Source: Moniliella sp. 'wahieum'
Taxonomy: Eukaryota
Assembly: GCA_003971905.1 (NCBI GenBank)
Contig: RSEE01000033.1
Coordinates: forward strand, 124,001 to 188,000
DNA length: 64,000 bases
Reading direction: 5' to 3'
Shown here: piece by piece, positions 59,594 to 64,000 of the stretch
Layout: each line of letters begins with the position of its first letter
Numbering within the stretch: position 1 is the stretch's first letter
Position numbers and translations under genes: made by a program
The notes under the pieces: generated by a model
What the model saw: only the letters and a program-made list of their open reading frames with translations
What the model was told of the DNA's origin: nothing
Database searches by the model: none

Positions 59594-60858
59594 ATGCAGC
59601 TCTCTTCCACATTTGTCGGTCTGGCTGTCGCGCTCGGTGCGCTGAGCGTGTCGGCGGTGCCCTTTGGCCCGAGCACGGGGCAGATTACTGTCCCGCTCAC
59701 CCGCCGTGCCGAGCGCAACTTCCGCCGCGCCGACGGGTCGATCGACATGGCCAAGTTTAACCGCGAGCGCGAGCTGGTGCGCGCCAAGTACACCCGTACC
59801 TTGGCCAACTACGAGCGCAACACGGGCTCCAAGCACCGTTTCGTCACCGGCACGGCTACCCCCGCCCGCCCGTAGCACGGGCACCGTCGACTTGAAGGAC
59901 GTGGAGAACCAGTCGCTCTGGACGGGCACCATTGGCTTTGGTTCGCCCGTGCAGGACATCACCATTGGTACGTCCCCCACCCCACAATGACCTTGTCTGG
60001 CCTGCTTTTGGTTTGCCATGTGCTGACGCTTATTCTTGTCTCTTGTCTCTGTGGTGGGGCAGACTTTGACACGGGCAGCTCGGACACGCTGGTCAACAGT
60101 GGTGCCTACACCCCGAAGTCTTCCTCCACGTCTAAGAACACGGGCACGTCGTTCAGTGACTCGTACGGCGACGGCACCACGGCGTCGGGCACGGTGTACT
60201 CGGACAAGTTGACCATTGGCGGTCTTTCAGCCGACAAGGCGTACATTGGTCTCGCGTCGCAACAGTTCATCTCGGGCGAGGGCAGCAACGAGGGCATCAG
60301 CGGCATGGCCTTCCCCAGCCTCAGCTCGTTCCAGCAACAGGAACCCTACTTTTACTCGTTGATCAAGGCCGGTGTGCTGGACAACCACGCCTTTATCTTT
60401 TCCCTCTCTGACTCGGGCTCGACCTTGACTTTGGGTGCGACCGACTCGAGCGCCGAGTTCACCGCGGTGACCGATGCCTCCTACTGGACCGTCTCGGCCT
60501 CGGTCGAAGGCACCAGCATCGACGCTGTCGTCGACACGGGCACCACGCTGATTGTGGCGCCGGTGAGCGATGCCGAGTCGCTGTACAAAAAGTTGGGCTT
60601 GCAGTACACCAACAGCAACGGCCAGGTGCAGGCCACGTTTGACTGCAGCTCGCCCCCTCGGTCAGCTTCAAGTTCGGGTCCAAGACGATCACCTTGGGCG
60701 ACTCGGTCTCGGCCGGTACCGACTCGGATGGCAACTGCGTCTTTACGGTGGTGGGTGAGGACATGGGCATGAGCTCGTGGATCACGGGTGACTCGCTTAT
60801 CGACTCGACTTCCAAGGTCATCTTTGACGTGGCCAACCAACAGGTCGGGTTTGCCTAA
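59594..60858 (+). CDS. Secreted pepsin-like (A1) aspartic protease
   Basis: Signal peptide MQLSSTFVGLAVALGALSVSA, propeptide, LWTGTIGFGSPVQDITI|DFDTGSSD, flap YGDG, GISGMAF, AVVDTGTTLI, WITGD..VIFDVANQQVGFA-TAA; intron 59968-60062. Confidence 0.95.
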
Positions 60859-61861
60859 ATGTCCCTCCCCCCCACCTCCCTTCTCTCTCCTGTGCGCCTG
60901 TTGCATGAACTGGGGACCTTGAGAGAGATGAGAGGGGTGCCCCAAAACCCGCCCCTCACCCCTCTCGTCTGATTTCTGTTCGCCGTGCAATAGGAGGCCG
61001 TCGCGCCTTCTCTTTCTCGATCCGATCGGCCTCTCCAGCGGACTTTGCTTTCTTTTGCCCTCCATGTTTTCCTCTCTCTTAGTTGGCTTTGTTGGCCCTA
61101 CCCTCAGCTAGCTGCTGCCCTCTGCACTCCTGGACCCGGCTGGTGGAGGATGAAGCTTGAAGCTTGAAGATCTAATGTTGATACGGATTGACGCCCACGT
61201 GCTTGCTTGCTACTATATAGTTTGTCAGTGCCCTGCTGGCTCCTCCTGCGCCCGCCGCTGTGCTTGGTCGACATGATCGGCATGATCCATGATCGACACG
61301 GTCCTTTTTACCACCAGCTCAGGCACGCTAGAAAACCGTAAGCACGTTGGTGCGAGACTGCTCGCTTCGCTGGGAACCGGCGGGAACCGGTAAGGCTGGC
61401 TGGCTGCCTGTCTGGCTGCCTAGCTCTATTCCATGAGCGTCGGAGCGCGGATGCTGGGGCAAGTAGCATGTAGCATGATGCATGTGTTACGCGGGCAAAA
61501 ATAGGAAATCGGGAACAGGACAAAGGGTAACATGTAACATGGGGCAGGGTAAAAAATGAATAATGGATCTCCGTGAGGAGCTACTATATGCGTTCGATCC
61601 GGTGGGCCCAGTGTGCAATGTCAAGCAATAAGGCCTAAGGCCAAGGCCATGCCGCCGCCAAAGATTGCTTTTCTCATAGATAAAAAACCAGCGCGTTCGT
61701 GTATCTGGTGGGCGCGTCAGTCCAGGCCAGCGGGCCGTATCCAGCCCGTTCAGCGACACGCAGACGCAGGGCATATACTATTCCCCAAAGCAATCACAGC
61801 GGGCGCGAGGACGAGGCGCCGGCGTGACCAAAGGTGTGTGAGTTTGTCTTTGGTCAGGGGG

Positions 61862-64000
61862 TTACTGCGGTCCAGTCTCCGACGACCAAGCTGGCACCAC
61901 GCTCGGCCTCTCGGACGGCGGCGTACTAGGCGAGCCAGGGGGAAAAGGTAGCGAAGCAGATGCAAAAGGCTGGACACACTCCCACGCTCGTTGGGCCATG
62001 CGGAGCGCTTCGGTCGGCCCTTGGCACGCCAGCGTCTGTAGTGCCGGGGCAATGCGGTGCGCTACGGTGGTCAGGTCATCGCCAAAGGTGCAGACGGAAG
62101 CGGAACGCGGGGGGACGCGGTCGGTCGAAGCGCCACCGGCCGAAACGTCATTGGTCGAAGTGCCATCGGTTGAAGTGTCACTGGGCGGGGCAGCACGGGC
62201 TGCTATCTGGGTCGGATGGGAAAACAAGTGGATGACCAAGGCGCACGCGTTCGACGCAGAGTGCGGTGGCATCCGTGCGTCTCTCCGTGCGAGCACCGAG
62301 AGGAGCATGCTCAACAGCGCAGGCTCCTTCTGCATCCGCTGGGGCGGCGAAAGCGGTCCAAGCCGCACCGGCGCGCGCGCACTGGGGTCGTCAGCGCTGG
62401 AGGGCAAGTGCGAGCGCCGAGATTCTGGCTCTTGGGGCCTCGCTGCGTCTCGGGCTGCGTCAACGTCCGCATCTGCGTCATCGTCATCGTCACCATCGTC
62501 GTCTACTGCAGCGTCTGCGTCGGTGTCTAGCTCGGTCCCCCCCGCGACATCGGCCGGGGTAGGACTGCTGTTCTGGGGAGGGGAGAAGGAGCTAGGGGGG
62601 GACAAGCTGCGCCCCGTCGTGGCCGACAGGGGAGAAGTCTGTGTGTCGGGCATGACGTTAGGGAGGGAGAGGGAGCAAGGAGCGCCGAAGCGACGCACGC
62701 CGCTCCTACCGGCGTGGTGGCCAAGAACCCGAGCGCGGTCAGCCCCTCGTTGACCAAGACGGGGTAGCGTGCCGACGCACACACCATACTGCCTAGCGCC
62801 GTGGCGACGGCCGCGCAGGCCATTGCGTCTCGAGCGGCCAGCATGGTGCGGGCCAACTGGACGCCCTCGGCATTGGCCTGGCTGCGCGACGCGCTTTCTA
62901 GCGCCGCAGCGTCCGGCAGCGGAATGAGGAAAAGCGTTTGCACCACCCGAGCACCCGCCCAGCTTCCAAGCTGGTCGGCGACCAGGGCTGATGGCTCGCC
63001 ACTTGGGCCAACGCGTCCTTGCCCGGCCCCAACGCTACACGCACCGAGTTGCCCGCCGCCCTGGCACAAGTTCTTGAGAACCAACACGGTGCGGAACAGC
63101 AAATCGTTCGTGACGAGCGTTGGGCCCGGTGCGCCTGTGCCTGCGCCTGTGCCTGTTGCGCCGGTAGGCGAGCGAGCCATGCGCAGCACCCCAGCTGCCT
63201 TGTCCACCCAGCCTACGCTGCCGAGCAGGCCTTTGTTGGCGCTGGGAAGGGATAAGTTGCGCATCGTTCCCATCAACGTGGTGGATTGCTGGACCAATTG
63301 GCGTGCCCAGGTACGGTCAAAGATGGGCACCAAGCGTTGCGCGAGATGAAAGGTATGTACCAAGCTGACGCAGTGCGCTTCGGTTCGGACCAGGCTTCCC
63401 AAAGCCAGCAGCGCGACCGAGACGAGCTCCGGACGATGCTCGTCCGTGTCGGCCAACCAGTCCAGCAGCAGGTCCACCAGCCACGCGGCCGAGCCAGACC
63501 CTTGATGCGGCGCGCCCGTTCCAGCGGGTACCAGTAGCATGTCCACCGCCCGCGGTTCATTGACAATCGCGAGGAAGCTACGGACCAAGGCCGAACGACA
63601 CTGCTCAAATGTCTCATCTTCGTCCCATGAGATACCGCTCTCCTCGTCCGCCTCTCCCATCCATTCGTCCCACTCGGGCGCCTCAGCGCGCCGGGGGCCT
63701 GACGAGCCACCAGGACCAGGTCGCAACCGAGGCGACGCACGTCGACTGGAGCGCCACCTGGATCGCTCTTCCTCCCCCGCGCAAGGCAGAGGGAAGCGTG
63801 GCCTGCGCCAAAACGTGGCATACACCGCCATCGGCGTTCGGTGGCGCAAGCCCGACGGGTAGCGTACCGCATCGGCCCAGCTGTCTGGCGCGACGGCCGC
63901 GCGGCGCCAGGCACTGCTGTCGAGCGAGAAGGATTCGATGAGTTCGGCGGCGGTAGAGAGGATTTGGTCGTCGATCGAGACGAGCATCGCTCGCTCGCTC
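61862..64000 (-). CDS. ARM-repeat protein, Bem4/SmgGDS(RAP1GDS1)-like; 5' end probably outside window
   Basis: LLDWL..VALLALGSLVRTEAHCVSLV, LMGTMRNLSLPSANKGLLG, VLVLKNLC, RYPVLVNEGLTALGFLA; continues into the 61862-62782 frame after an indel. Confidence 0.7.

Overview
Eukaryotic DNA, most likely a GC-rich, intron-poor basidiomycete fungus (GT..CTRAC..YAG introns, an intron-containing tRNA, basidiomycete-type secreted proteins). Nearly every conserved gene carries 1-2 nt deletions in homopolymers or dinucleotide runs. I read these as uncorrected long-read errors, so gene models were stitched across frames by eye and some ends are approximate. Genes in order: PLP aminotransferase (5' truncated), GPI-type secreted protein, CDC50/LEM3, RPS25, tRNA-Gly(GCC), RlpA/expansin-like secreted protein with a 4-nt micro-exon, a possible orphan, Gcn4/CpcA-like bZIP, Ict1/Cld1-like hydrolase, MRD1, coatomer delta, RPL20, Mhp1/Gip3-like LRR protein, GATA factor, (Ala-Pro)n repeat protein, GH128 glucanase, solo copia-like Gag ORF, Myb/SANT-like protein, aspartic protease, and an ARM/Bem4-like protein. 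Most notable unexplained signals: (1) a pervasive intergenic 7-bp grammar, T[G/C]A followed by a usually self-complementary 4-mer, i.e. chains of different A-N4-T palindromes separated by one base; (2) a cluster of TE-derived parts at 46-51 kb (TIR element with Helitron-like 3' end, LTR-less Gag, transposase-less Myb/SANT); (3) an interstitial (TTAGG)~20 tract in an ~8 kb gene-free block. All family assignments are by motif recognition, not database search.
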